Positions 1 through 9,822 of a stretch of DNA of 64,000 nt are shown here, piece by piece; positions within the stretch are counted from its first letter, which is position 1, and each line of letters opens with the position of its first letter. The notes beneath the pieces were generated by a model that was not told the DNA's origin, ran no database searches, and saw only the letters and a program-made list of their open reading frames with translations. This DNA is from an archaeon GW2011_AR15 (GTDB lineage Archaea; Nanobdellota; Nanobdellia; Woesearchaeales; GW2011-AR15), in contig CP010425.1 in assembly GCA_000830295.1 (NCBI GenBank), forward strand, positions 288,001 through 352,000. Reading direction: 5' to 3'. The position numbers and the translations under genes are program-made.

Positions 1-318
1 AAGGGTTTCCAGCAATAATTTGCCCTTGTTTTTCTCTACCCTTGGGTTCGGACCTCTCAGCGTTACGAAGACATCCTTGCCTATTTCATGCCTCCTGAAA
101 TAATCATCGTATTTTGTAAGCAGCTTCTCTATGACAAAATTATCCACTTCCTTTCCCTCGCAGTCCCAGAGCTGCTCCTTTATTTTGAGGTTGGAAAAGG
201 TATAGAATGCCTCTTTTATCTCATCATCCCCGCCTATGACAGAATTCTCTACAAAGAACGGCTGCCTGACATTGTCAGGGTGCTGGGTTGACATTACTCT
301 GGGTATTCTGGGCTTAAT
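1..318 (-). CDS. ppcA: Archaeal-type phosphoenolpyruvate carboxylase, N-terminal part (runs off window)
   Basis: Not in ORF track. Manual translation gives IKPRIPRVMSTQHPDNVRQPFF...EQLWDCEGKEVDNFVIEKLL...TLRGPNP, matching the PpcA N-terminal motifs STQHPDN and WDxEGK. First ATG is at 294; probable ATT start at 318. Confidence 0.9.
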   Translation of the reverse strand, partial: MKPRIPRVMSTQHPDNVRQPFFVENSVIGGDDEIKEAFYTFSNLKIKEQLWDCEGKEVDNFVIEKLLTKYDDYFRRHEIGKDVFVTLRGPNPRVEKNKGKLLLETL

Positions 319-435
319 TTCCTATCACCTTAGCTGATAAAGAAAACGCTGCACTATTTAACGATTATCATTATCTGCAGTCATAGAATAGGGTTATGGG
401 GGATTAATATTTAAAATTAACTAAAGAGAACACAA

Positions 436-972
436 CTACCCATTTTTATTTAATCGAAAAAATTGTTCTAAGTTAAAATCCTTCAAAAACGTTGTGACAG
501 AAAATAGTTGAGTTTTATAAACTAGGAAATATGTCAATATAATTGAAGTTAGTACTATCCCAACACCAAATAACCAATAACTTTTTGATGTGTGCTGGAG
601 TAAAAGACTAAAATCAGATATTTTTAATGAAGAAAAATAATTGTATACAATATCAAATAATGGAAGAAGGCTAAAATATTTTAGATATTTGTTTTTCTTA
701 TAAAGACAATAGATAAAAACTATAACAAAAAGATAAAAAATATATGGTCCCATATAAAATAGAAAATAGGAGATATTGTTCTCCTGACCGGAAATAAAAC
801 AATCTGTTTTACCCCATGTTATATTTGGTTCACCTCCAATCATTTTGCAAGGCAAAGCATGAGAAAACTCATGAATGGGGGTTGCATAATACGTTACTAT
901 ATAAGTTATGCAAAGCAAAAGAACGATATAAAGTATGTTCAGTATAACAAATAATCGTTTTTTTTCTTTCAC
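436..972 (-). CDS. Membrane protein with HExxH motif (M50-like zinc metalloprotease candidate)
   Basis: Several TM segments, IHEFSH and downstream MGP motif, low GC. Confidence 0.55.
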   Translation of the reverse strand: MKEKKRLFVILNILYIVLLLCITYIVTYYATPIHEFSHALPCKMIGGEPNITWGKTDCFISGQENNISYFLFYMGPYIFYLFVIVFIYCLYKKNKYLKYFSLLPLFDIVYNYFSSLKISDFSLLLQHTSKSYWLFGVGIVLTSIILTYFLVYKTQLFSVTTFLKDFNLEQFFRLNKNG

Positions 973-1041
973 CTAATCATCAAAATTTAGGATTTATTTA
1001 ATATTTTCCAAATAAAACAAAAAAGAACTAAAAAATAAAAA

Positions 1042-1470
1042 CTATTCAACCCCAACAATCTCAACTTCAAATGTGAGGTCCTGCCCAGCTAGCGGATGGT
1101 TCAGGTCAAGCACGACTGTTGCATCCTTTACCTCCAGTATCTTCGCAGGGAAAGGCTGCCCGTCAGGCCCTCTAAGGTATATCATGGCGCCTGCTTTCAG
1201 TTCCATTCCTTCCGGCACAGGCCCTTTCGGAAGCTCCCTTACCAGTTCTTCCCTTGATTCTCCATAGGCTTCTTTTGCTATGACTTTTATCACTTTCTTC
1301 TCTCCCTTCTTCATCCCGAGCATTTCCCTTTCCAGCCCGGGGATTATCATACCTGAACCGGCTACAAATTCTAAGGGCGCTCTTTCTAGCGAGCTGTCAA
1401 AAACTTCGCCGTCATTTAACTTTCCTGTGTAGTGGAACTTAACTTTTGATTTTTCTTTTACTCCTGCCAT
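1042..1470 (-). CDS. slyD: FKBP-type peptidyl-prolyl isomerase (SlyD-like)
   Basis: HYTGKL..GEVFDSS, IIPGLE, DLNHPLAG motifs. Confidence 0.93.
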   Translation of the reverse strand: MAGVKEKSKVKFHYTGKLNDGEVFDSSLERAPLEFVAGSGMIIPGLEREMLGMKKGEKKVIKVIAKEAYGESREELVRELPKGPVPEGMELKAGAMIYLRGPDGQPFPAKILEVKDATVVLDLNHPLAGQDLTFEVEIVGVE

Positions 1471-1551
1471 GAAAACACCTCATAACATACAAGAATTAAG
1501 GCTTGTATATGCAATTGTTTTTTCTGAATATTTATAAGGTTATTGGTGAAA

Positions 1552-2193
1552 TTAAAGAGAATTAACCAGTTTTTTTAAACCATGTTGAATATAAGGAAGT
1601 AGTATTATTGTAGTTGGAATCATCATTAAAAAGGGTATTGCTATAGTGGTATTGTGGAATATTTGAGAGTGACCACATAATATTAAAGGAAGTGAAGTTG
1701 GGTTATCTGTTCCACAAATATAATTGCCTGCTATATCATGCAACAGGAATAATACGGGAAAAGAGAATATCCATTTTTTATTCTCATTTTTTGAATATTT
1801 ATAAAAGATATATGATAAAAATATGCTTACGAATAAAGTAAAAATAATCCCACCTAGGGCAAAATTTAGAGAAAATCTCCCATTTAGAATCATCGTCTGC
1901 TGTGGCAGTTTGATGAATGAGAATATAGGTGCATCAACCCAATTGCTGATTATAATTTCAGGAAATCTTCTATAAATCAGTAAATTATCAAGTATTGCAT
2001 AAATCATATGGCCCCCTTCATGAACATAGAATGAAAGAAAGAAGATTAATGGCGCAATGAATATACTTAATCCTAGAGTTATAACGTAGGACTCTAATTT
2101 AAAACACCATTCATCAAATCTTCTTAAAGAAGTTTTATTTGAGACTTTCTTCGATGATTTTTTGTTCTTCTTTTGTGATTCCATATATCTCAT
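1552..2193 (-). CDS. Membrane protein with HExxH motif (M50-like candidate)
   Basis: TM segments, VHEGGH motif, low GC; overlaps 3' end of RM gene. Confidence 0.5.
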   Translation of the reverse strand: MRYMESQKKNKKSSKKVSNKTSLRRFDEWCFKLESYVITLGLSIFIAPLIFFLSFYVHEGGHMIYAILDNLLIYRRFPEIIISNWVDAPIFSFIKLPQQTMILNGRFSLNFALGGIIFTLFVSIFLSYIFYKYSKNENKKWIFSFPVLFLLHDIAGNYICGTDNPTSLPLILCGHSQIFHNTTIAIPFLMMIPTTIILLPYIQHGLKKLVNSL

Positions 2194-4870
2194 AAACTAG
2201 TTTGTCAATTTTTTCATCTGTTTCTTTAATTTCTCGTTCTAACTTGGTGGTTTCAGATGTTTTTTTATCTTTTAGAGAAGAAAACCGCATAGTCATATTT
2301 AATATTTTATCAACTAAATTTATAAGTGGTCTTTGTTCAACAAGAGTTTTATTTTTAATCGGTAATGCTCTTATATTATCTGGGTACACATGCAATCCAG
2401 AACCGATAAATTGTTTAAAATAGAAGGTTATGAGTTTTGAGTTTAGTATAGCTAATAAATATTTCAAATCAAATTTTTTTGAAATCTCTAACTGTTTTTC
2501 TGAAATGTTTAGTCCTCTTCTTTGTATTCCTTGTAATTGGTAAAATGGCATACAAATAGAAAGGGTATGTTCGGCATAATAATTTTGTTCATCATACGTG
2601 GCTTTTAATCCTTCCTTTGCATTTATATCTCTTATCATTAGTTTTGGGTTTTCAAAAAGCTCTTTGAACATGGGATTATAGAGTCTTTTAATATCATAAA
2701 TAAGGTATTTATTGTCAAAATTGATAGAATACCTATTGATATCTCGCCCATCAAGCATTGGTTTACAGAGTGAATTTGCCTTTTCTTTTATAACAAATTC
2801 TTTAATATTCCCACTTCTGGCCCCCCAATTTACATAACAAATATCATTTATAAAAATAGAATTATTCTCAATTTTTTCTTTAAGTTTGATTGTATCTGTA
2901 TTCACATCTAGCCTGAACAAATACTCTTCGGTTGTTAGGAAAATATTTTGTGAAATCTCTTTTACTTCTTCCAGAATCTTTTTATTGACTGAAGGATCGA
3001 CTTTTGGCTTTATTATTTTAACCTTATTATTATTTCTTTTCTTTAGGCTAGTTTCTTTTTTTAGGACTATAATTACATTATCAACCGTTGCTTGCTCAAA
3101 TATTTTATATTGTGTTAGATCAACAATTTTTACAATGACACAATTTTCTAGAATGAATTTTCTAATATTTTTTCCATAAGGTTGAGAAAGAAATTTATCA
3201 GGTATAATGAAACTGAAATATCCACCATTGTTTAGTGATTTTATTGCTTTTTCTATAAAAAGAACATACAAGTCAAATTTTTTGTAAGCACTAAAAAAAA
3301 TGTTTTGATAATATTTTACCTCATTCTCATTTTTAGAAAGAAGGTAAATATTGACATAGGGGGGATTTCCTATAACAATATTAAACGAGCCTTCATTAAA
3401 CTCATTTGTCCACTTAAAGGCATCTAATCCTACAATTGATTCATCATCAATAAGAGAGTTTCCATGTCTTATGTGTAAATCAATCTCCTCGGGCAACTTC
3501 CTATCTTTTTCAGCAGCTTTCAGTAACAGATTTAATTTTGTAATCTCAACTGCCTTGTTATCTAAATCAACGCCATAGATATTTTTCTTTAGTATTTCAG
3601 TTTTTATAGAATATGCACCCTGGCTGTCAAGCTTTTGTTGTCTTGCATAGTCGTTTGTATTCAAGTCCTTATATAGATAATCAAACGCTTTTATCAAAAA
3701 TGAACCAGAGCCACATGCAGGATCAAGAATTTTAATGGATTTTGGATCAATTTTTTTGTTTTTCAATGCTTCCCACACAGTATTTTTTACTATGTAATCC
3801 ACGATATAATTTGGGGTATAGTATATTCCTTGTTCTTTTCTATGTGCTTGCCCGTCAGATAGCTTTGCCCTTCCTGATTTTGTCTGTGCTAGAATCTTAC
3901 CCAAGTATTGCTCATAAACCTGCCCCAAAACATCAGCATCAATCCAATCGAAATTATAAATAAAGTCACCATTCCTTGATTCATATAATAAATAAATTAG
4001 TTTTTTGATAATGCCCCCATTGAGCCTTATAATATCACAATCATTATCAAAATTAGGTTTGAAAAGTCCACTATTATAAACATCATTATATCTCACAAAT
4101 ATCTCTTTTAATCTGGAATATGCCTTGTTATCAGGAAAATGTTTAATCTCTTCAAGAGTTATATCTTCGGGGTTTATTCCAACATCTTCACTTCTTCTGA
4201 TAAAAATTAATCTATCAATTATTCTTTGGGTTATTTCATCTTTTTCATTGATGTTATATTTACTAGGATATGTTTTCTCCAAGTCATCGGAAATAATTTT
4301 CCTGATGAGCATCAAATCTTCAAGTAAGGGCTTATCAATTGAAATTCTTTTTTTTAATCTTCCCTCTTCTGCTGCTCTTTTTAATAATAAGTCTTTTTCA
4401 AAGCTCTCTTTACTGAGAAAAATTAAATCGTGGAATTTACTTAAGTATTCATCTGGTGATGCAAAATAAGAAAATACTTGGTTTATAGCATTTTCCTGTT
4501 CAACACAAAAGATTTTTAATCTCTCAAAGTTAGTAGATACTGCAAAAGGGATTCTTTTTGATAAAGCATAAGAGATAACTTGTCTATCTGCTTCCTTATC
4601 CAAGGGAACACCAACTCGTTTAACTTCCAAAAAAAATACAATTCTATCACCAATCTTAAATGCATAATCCGCTTCACCCAGATTTTCCCCTCTTCTTGCT
4701 TTAGCCTGTTTAGTGAAATCTGATTTTGTCCATCCTAGAATTTTAATAAATAACTCCTCAATTAGTTTAGTTTCAACATCTGCTTCCAAGAATTTTTTAT
4801 ATTTCTGATAGTTCGCCTTAAAATCCTCTATAAGTGATATCAATTGGATTTTAATCTCTTTTTCATCCAT
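2135..4870 (-). CDS. Fused type IIG restriction endonuclease / N6-adenine methyltransferase
   Basis: N-terminal PD-(D/E)xK-like ADY...EVKR; LGQVYEQYL, GIYYTP, DPACGSG, GNPPY; TaqI-like C-terminal recognition domain. Confidence 0.92.
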   Translation of the reverse strand: MDEKEIKIQLISLIEDFKANYQKYKKFLEADVETKLIEELFIKILGWTKSDFTKQAKARRGENLGEADYAFKIGDRIVFFLEVKRVGVPLDKEADRQVISYALSKRIPFAVSTNFERLKIFCVEQENAINQVFSYFASPDEYLSKFHDLIFLSKESFEKDLLLKRAAEEGRLKKRISIDKPLLEDLMLIRKIISDDLEKTYPSKYNINEKDEITQRIIDRLIFIRRSEDVGINPEDITLEEIKHFPDNKAYSRLKEIFVRYNDVYNSGLFKPNFDNDCDIIRLNGGIIKKLIYLLYESRNGDFIYNFDWIDADVLGQVYEQYLGKILAQTKSGRAKLSDGQAHRKEQGIYYTPNYIVDYIVKNTVWEALKNKKIDPKSIKILDPACGSGSFLIKAFDYLYKDLNTNDYARQQKLDSQGAYSIKTEILKKNIYGVDLDNKAVEITKLNLLLKAAEKDRKLPEEIDLHIRHGNSLIDDESIVGLDAFKWTNEFNEGSFNIVIGNPPYVNIYLLSKNENEVKYYQNIFFSAYKKFDLYVLFIEKAIKSLNNGGYFSFIIPDKFLSQPYGKNIRKFILENCVIVKIVDLTQYKIFEQATVDNVIIVLKKETSLKKRNNNKVKIIKPKVDPSVNKKILEEVKEISQNIFLTTEEYLFRLDVNTDTIKLKEKIENNSIFINDICYVNWGARSGNIKEFVIKEKANSLCKPMLDGRDINRYSINFDNKYLIYDIKRLYNPMFKELFENPKLMIRDINAKEGLKATYDEQNYYAEHTLSICMPFYQLQGIQRRGLNISEKQLEISKKFDLKYLLAILNSKLITFYFKQFIGSGLHVYPDNIRALPIKNKTLVEQRPLINLVDKILNMTMRFSSLKDKKTSETTKLEREIKETDEKIDKLVYEIYGITKEEQKIIEESLK

Positions 4871-4997
4871 TATAGTTAAACTATTTAAATGGAATTAATA
4901 AAGTTTTGTGCAAATTTTAGATATATTACAGAAAGAAACCATGTTTGAAATTAGTTGAAGAGCAAAGAATATAAACAACTCTTTTATCCAAGGACAG

Positions 4998-6185
4998 ATG
5001 AAATTCGACAGGAGATATGCAACCATTTTTCTGATAATGGTCACCGAAGTCCTGGGATTCTCGCTTATACTTCCCTTCCTCCCATTCTATGTTGAAGAGC
5101 TTGGAGCAACGCCCCTGACATACGGGCTTATACTAGCATCATTCTCACTGCTGCAGTTCATCTCCGCGCCCATAATGGGCAGATTAAGTGACCACTACGG
5201 AAGAAGGCCGATGCTGATATTCTCCCAGATGTCAACATGCCTGAGCTTCATCATACTTGCTTTTGCAGATAACATCTGGCTGGTTTTCCTCTCAAGGATT
5301 GTGGACGGGATGCTGGGGAGCAACTTCACCATAGCGCAGGCATATATAAGCGACATCTCCTCAAAAAAAGACAGGAGCAAGGCATTTGGAATAGGCGGCA
5401 TTGCCTTCGGCGCCGGATTCCTCATAGGGCCTGCGATAGGCGGCACACTGGCGGGAATAAGCCACAGCATCCCCTCATTTTTGGCGGCGGGCGCTTCTTT
5501 CATGACAATCCTGATGACAATGTTCCTCCTTCCTGAAACAGTAAAGAAAAAGAAGAATATAAGCTTCAGGATAAGAGAGGCATTCCATTTCAGGGATTAC
5601 AAAAAATATTTCTCAATGCCGAAAATCTCAGGAAGGCTCTGGCAGTATTTCTCCTTTGCCCTGACGCATACAATGTATGTTACAAGCTTTGCATTTTTTG
5701 TAGAAAGAGTATTGAATTTCAACTCGTCAAATGTCGGCTTCCTGCTTACATATGTCGGCTTTGTAAGCATCATATTCAGGGGGACCCTGCTGTCAAGGCT
5801 TATTGACAGGTTCGGGGAGAAAAAGCTGAGGTATGCCGGCGGGATTTTCATACTGCTTGCGATGCTCAACATGATTTTCCTGAGGCAGTGGTGGCTTTTC
5901 CTTGTAACAATGACGCTGTTCTCTGTCGGCGCAGGCATGGCGATGCCGCTGCTTGCAGGCTCTGTATCAAGGGCAGTGAGCCCTAAGGAGCAGGGAGCAA
6001 TAATGGGGCTTGTGGGATCAATGATGAGCATATCCCAGATAATCGGGCCTCTAATAGGAAATGCTTTGATACATTATTTCTTCCCCGGCAGCCTTGGCAT
6101 TGCAGCTGCTGTAACCATTTCAGTGGCTTTTATGCTGATGTTAAGGGAAGACAGTAAAAAAAATGCAAAGAAAATGATTGCCTGA
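4998..6185 (+). CDS. MFS transporter, TetA/DHA1-like
   Basis: 12 TM segments, GRLSDHYGRRP motif A. Confidence 0.92.
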   Translation: MKFDRRYATIFLIMVTEVLGFSLILPFLPFYVEELGATPLTYGLILASFSLLQFISAPIMGRLSDHYGRRPMLIFSQMSTCLSFIILAFADNIWLVFLSRIVDGMLGSNFTIAQAYISDISSKKDRSKAFGIGGIAFGAGFLIGPAIGGTLAGISHSIPSFLAAGASFMTILMTMFLLPETVKKKKNISFRIREAFHFRDYKKYFSMPKISGRLWQYFSFALTHTMYVTSFAFFVERVLNFNSSNVGFLLTYVGFVSIIFRGTLLSRLIDRFGEKKLRYAGGIFILLAMLNMIFLRQWWLFLVTMTLFSVGAGMAMPLLAGSVSRAVSPKEQGAIMGLVGSMMSISQIIGPLIGNALIHYFFPGSLGIAAAVTISVAFMLMLREDSKKNAKKMIA

Positions 6186-6593
6186 TTACCTGTATGACTT
6201 CTGCTTCTTGGCCCTTGCATGACCGTGCGTGTTCGGCTTGTGTGTTTCCTTACGCCTTACGTCAGCAACAAGAAGGTGCCTGTCATATTCAAGGAAAACC
6301 TGCTTAAGCCTTGGTGAATGTTCTACAAGCGCCCTTGCTATTGCTGTCCTTGTGGCATCGCTCTGGCTCATCGGGCCGCCGCCTATAACTTTTACAGTGA
6401 TGTCAATGCTGTTCCTTATATCCCCTGACAATATAAGAGGCTCTTCTATCCTCATCCTGTATACCTTAGGCTCATACAATTCAAGAGGAACATTATTTAT
6501 CCTTACCTTGCCTGTGCCCTTGCTCAGGGCTGCTCTGGCAATTGCTGTTTTTCTCTTTCCTGATTCATTTATTGTCTTACTCAACTCTAGCAC
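6186..6593 (-). CDS. rps9: 30S ribosomal protein uS9
   Basis: SGKRKTAIARA, GGG..SQ, C-terminal QKSYR. Confidence 0.97.
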   Translation of the reverse strand: MLELSKTINESGKRKTAIARAALSKGTGKVRINNVPLELYEPKVYRMRIEEPLILSGDIRNSIDITVKVIGGGPMSQSDATRTAIARALVEHSPRLKQVFLEYDRHLLVADVRRKETHKPNTHGHARAKKQKSYR

Positions 6594-6999
6594 CTATTTT
6601 CTTTGATATTTCCTTCAATGTAGTGTATCTTAAATTTGGAAGCTCTGCCTTTGTCTTGCTTTCAAGCTTCACAGGCTTCTCATTCTTGAATTCTTCTGGC
6701 ACACCGACATAGCATAATACCCTCTTGTATGCCTCCCTTCCCCTTGTTGTGGCAAAAGGAAGCATACCCCTGACAACTCTTCTTAAAATCCTTTCAGGCC
6801 TTCTCTGGATGAACGGTCCTTTTGCATGGGTTCCCTTGTGCATCCTCTCAAGGTAGTCCTTGTATGTGTTCTCTTTTTTCCCTGCCATGATTGCCTTCTC
6901 GCTGTTTATGACCCTGACTTCATTTCCCAAAAGCGCCTGCTTTGCAATGTATGTTGCAAGCCTCCCTACAATCATGTCTGCTGCGTCTACTACTATCAT
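6577..6999 (-). CDS. rpl13: 50S ribosomal protein uL13
   Basis: DA..IVGRLA, RRVVRGMLP. Confidence 0.97.
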   Translation of the reverse strand: MIVVDAADMIVGRLATYIAKQALLGNEVRVINSEKAIMAGKKENTYKDYLERMHKGTHAKGPFIQRRPERILRRVVRGMLPFATTRGREAYKRVLCYVGVPEEFKNEKPVKLESKTKAELPNLRYTTLKEISKKIGARVE

Positions 7000-7000
7000 T

Positions 7001-7348
7001 TTATCCTATTATCCTCACTTTTGAGCCCTTAGGGTTTTCCTTTACAAGCTCCTGTATTGAAATTGCCTTTCCGCCTGAGCTCTTTATCTTCTCAAGCGCG
7101 CTTCCTGAAAAGGCATGCGCTGCTATTGTCAGCTTCTTGTCTATCTCGCCCATTGACAAAACCTTGCCCGGAACCACAACTATCTCGTTTGCCTTGGCAT
7201 ACCTGTTTATCCTTGACAGGTTGACAGCCCTCCTTCTGGCTGTAGGTCCCTCTAAATCTGATGCAATCCTTTTCCAGATGTTTACATTATGCTGGATTGA
7301 CTGCTTTTTCAGCTCCGTTATCAGTGATGCCAGTTGCGTGTTTTTCAT
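7001..7348 (-). CDS. rpl18e: 50S ribosomal protein eL18
   Basis: VNLSRINRY, VVVPGKVL, operon context. Confidence 0.96.
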   Translation of the reverse strand: MKNTQLASLITELKKQSIQHNVNIWKRIASDLEGPTARRRAVNLSRINRYAKANEIVVVPGKVLSMGEIDKKLTIAAHAFSGSALEKIKSSGGKAISIQELVKENPKGSKVRIIG

Positions 7349-7349
7349 T

Positions 7350-8117
7350 TTATTTCATTAATTTGTCAAGCTCGCCAAGTTTGTCATTGAATATATTGAA
7401 CGCCTCTACAATTATTTCCTTTGGCTCAAGCTGGCCCCATGATTCCAGGTGGAATATGTGTTCTGTATCCTTGTATTCAACCTTTACCACCTTCTCATTG
7501 ACATGGCCGACAGCATCAACAAGGTTGTTCTTGATGATGAGCTCCTTGTCCAGCTTTCCCTTCTTGTCAAATGCCTGCGGCGGGTAAAGGTCCCTGTATT
7601 TCTCAATATCATTGTTGTTGATTTTAATGTCAAAATTGTAAGTATACCATACATGGCCAGGGCACCATTTTGAATGCTCTTCGCCTTTTCCGAGTACTGC
7701 AACTGCAACAAGCTCAATTTCCTGGTCCTTAAGCAGCTTTACAATAGGCGTCTTCGGGTGGACTGGCTTTACTTTCGGGTCCTTTGATTTCAAATCTGAT
7801 GCATATACTGTTTTCGGCCCTTTTGCCTTGAGCGTAAGCTCAAGAGTGCACTTTGCCTTTCTTCCGTCTACGTCTTCCTGTGATTTCGGAAGCTCATATG
7901 ACTTAAGGTCTGTTGTTAAAACAATAAGGCCGAGCCTGTGCGACAGGACCTCATCATACATTGCTGAGCTGTTCTGCTTTATCTCGACATTCTCGATAGC
8001 CATTACAGGCACTTCTGTAAGCATTATCCTTCTCAGCGCGTTGCTGTAGGCTGGTGTTGTAGCCTTAAGCAAAAATGACATCTTTTCCCCTTTTTTTGAC
8101 AAGACTTCGAATTTCAT
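7350..8117 (-). CDS. rpoD: DNA-directed RNA polymerase subunit D (Rpo3)
   Basis: NALRRIML.EVP, DEVLSHRLGLI, GEEHSKW. Confidence 0.96.
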   Translation of the reverse strand: MKFEVLSKKGEKMSFLLKATTPAYSNALRRIMLTEVPVMAIENVEIKQNSSAMYDEVLSHRLGLIVLTTDLKSYELPKSQEDVDGRKAKCTLELTLKAKGPKTVYASDLKSKDPKVKPVHPKTPIVKLLKDQEIELVAVAVLGKGEEHSKWCPGHVWYTYNFDIKINNNDIEKYRDLYPPQAFDKKGKLDKELIIKNNLVDAVGHVNEKVVKVEYKDTEHIFHLESWGQLEPKEIIVEAFNIFNDKLGELDKLMK

Positions 8118-8118
8118 T

Positions 8119-8610
8119 TTAGACCCTTCTTCCCCTTCTTCCGCCTTTTTTCCTGCAACCGTCGTGCGGTATTGGCGTTACATCCTCAATTATCCCGATC
8201 CTGATGCCCATCCTGGACAATGTCCTTACTGCTGCCTGTGCTCCCGGCCCCGGGTTGCTCGGCCCGTTGTGACCTCCAGGAGCTTTTATCTTTACATGAA
8301 GGCCTGTCACGCCCTTTTCAAGGGCAATCTCCCCGACTTTCTTGGCTGCTGCCATCGCTGCTGTCGGCGAGCTTTCAAGCCTGTGCGACTTTACTATCTG
8401 GCCTCCTGAAGAAATTGCGATTGTCTCGCTTCCTGTTATGTCTGTTACATGTATTATTGTGTCATTATATGAAGAATAGATGTGGCATATCCCCCATCTT
8501 ACATTATCCTTGCTGAAATCCCTGACTCTCGGAGGGCCTCTTCTGGCTCCCCTGTCTCCTCCCCTTTCTTCACTGCTGCCCCTTTCCCTTCTTTTCCTGT
8601 CTTCACTCAT
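8119..8610 (-). CDS. rps11: 30S ribosomal protein uS11
   Basis: [38 protein letters not shown]. Confidence 0.98.
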   Translation of the reverse strand: MSEDRKRRERGSSEERGGDRGARRGPPRVRDFSKDNVRWGICHIYSSYNDTIIHVTDITGSETIAISSGGQIVKSHRLESSPTAAMAAAKKVGEIALEKGVTGLHVKIKAPGGHNGPSNPGPGAQAAVRTLSRMGIRIGIIEDVTPIPHDGCRKKGGRRGRRV

Positions 8611-9241
8611 TTTCTGCTACCTCTCCAGCTTTTTCCTGCGTCTCCTTAGCAACTTCCGGGACTTTTTCAGCTGCTTTTCCTTTTTTTGGGGCAGGCTCTT
8701 CTGCTTTCTTAGCTGCCATAACCGGCTTCTTTTCTCCCCTTTCAGGGTGATCTTCTGAAACTAATGGCGAACTGCCGCTGAATACTGTCTTCACCTCATC
8801 ATCAGCACTCACAAGGTATGATGGGGAAGTTATCTTCCTCTCGCCTATTGTAATATGCTCATGCACAATGAACTGCCTCGCCTGGCCTATTGAATGGGCA
8901 AGCCCTTTTCTGAAAACAATTGTCTGCAGCCTCCTTTCGCACATATCCTTCAGCGTGATTTCAAGAAGATTTTCTGCAATAGCATTCTCACCTGCAAGCT
9001 TCATGCCGCGGAGCTTCCTTATCAGGTCCTGTTTCTGCCTTTCTGAAGCCTCATCGTGCTTTGGGATCAGTTTCTTAATCTGTGATTTGAAATTTCTCAG
9101 CTTTGAGCTGAGCCTCCATAGCTCTTCCTTGTTCTTGAAGCCGTATTCCTTCATAAGCTCCCTTTCCTCATCTATCCTGAGCTTCTGCCAGGGATGTGTC
9201 GGGGTTGAATACTTCTTCCTTAACTTTCTTGGATCTCCCAT
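8603..9241 (-). CDS. rps4: 30S ribosomal protein uS4
   Basis: [21 protein letters not shown]. Confidence 0.97.
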   Translation of the reverse strand: MGDPRKLRKKYSTPTHPWQKLRIDEERELMKEYGFKNKEELWRLSSKLRNFKSQIKKLIPKHDEASERQKQDLIRKLRGMKLAGENAIAENLLEITLKDMCERRLQTIVFRKGLAHSIGQARQFIVHEHITIGERKITSPSYLVSADDEVKTVFSGSSPLVSEDHPERGEKKPVMAAKKAEEPAPKKGKAAEKVPEVAKETQEKAGEVAENE

Positions 9242-9243
9242 GC

Positions 9244-9717
9244 TTATACCTTCCCTGCCTTGGCGTCCTTGCTTCTCTTTACGCCGACTGCCTTACCCTT
9301 GTTCCTTCTGAAATTTGATTTTGTCCTCTGTCCCCTTACCGGCTGGCCTGATGCATGCCTGATTCCTCTGTATGTCCTTATCTTCTGCAGCCTTCTTACG
9401 TCCTGCTGGTTTGTGAATGCAAGGTCTCCGAGAAGAAGATGCTTGTCCTCTCCTGTATCATAATCCTTTCTCCTGTTAAGCATCCATGCCGGAAGCTTCT
9501 CAGGGTTTTTCAGGACAGCCTCTATTCTGCCCACTTCTGTTTCTGAAAGAAGGCCTGCTTTCTTGCTGATATCAACATGGGCGAGCCTGCATACTGCATT
9601 GGCGAACATATCCCCTACGCCCTTTATTTTTGTCATAGAAACTACGATTGCCTTGTTTCCCGGAAGGTCTGTGCTTGCGACCCTTACAAGATGCCTGATT
9701 TTCTGCTCTTCTGCCAT
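9244..9717 (-). CDS. rps13: 30S ribosomal protein uS13
   Basis: IKGVG, YRGIRH..GQPVRGQRTK. Confidence 0.98.
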   Translation of the reverse strand: MAEEQKIRHLVRVASTDLPGNKAIVVSMTKIKGVGDMFANAVCRLAHVDISKKAGLLSETEVGRIEAVLKNPEKLPAWMLNRRKDYDTGEDKHLLLGDLAFTNQQDVRRLQKIRTYRGIRHASGQPVRGQRTKSNFRRNKGKAVGVKRSKDAKAGKV

Positions 9718-9730
9718 TTTTGATAGTTTA

Positions 9731-9772
9731 CCGAGAATAACACGTATTAACCCTCAGATCGCGTTAACTCGG
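9731..9772 (-). promoter_or_regulatory. Hairpin in 5' leader of rps13 operon (candidate r-leader)
   Basis: Minus strand CCGAG-T-TAACGCG...CGTGTTA-TT-CTCGG, between a TATA-like TTTATAAA (~9800-9807) and the start codon. Confidence 0.5.
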
Positions 9773-9822
9773 GCTTTATTCACAGGAAATACGGGTCATT
9801 TATAAAGGTTTTTATTCTAGAA

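Noticed and set aside
88-291. Plus-strand 67-aa ORF and the many other antisense ORFs in the track (e.g. 22138-22902, 14550-15233, 63316-63831)
   Set aside because: They are shadows of well-supported genes on the opposite strand.
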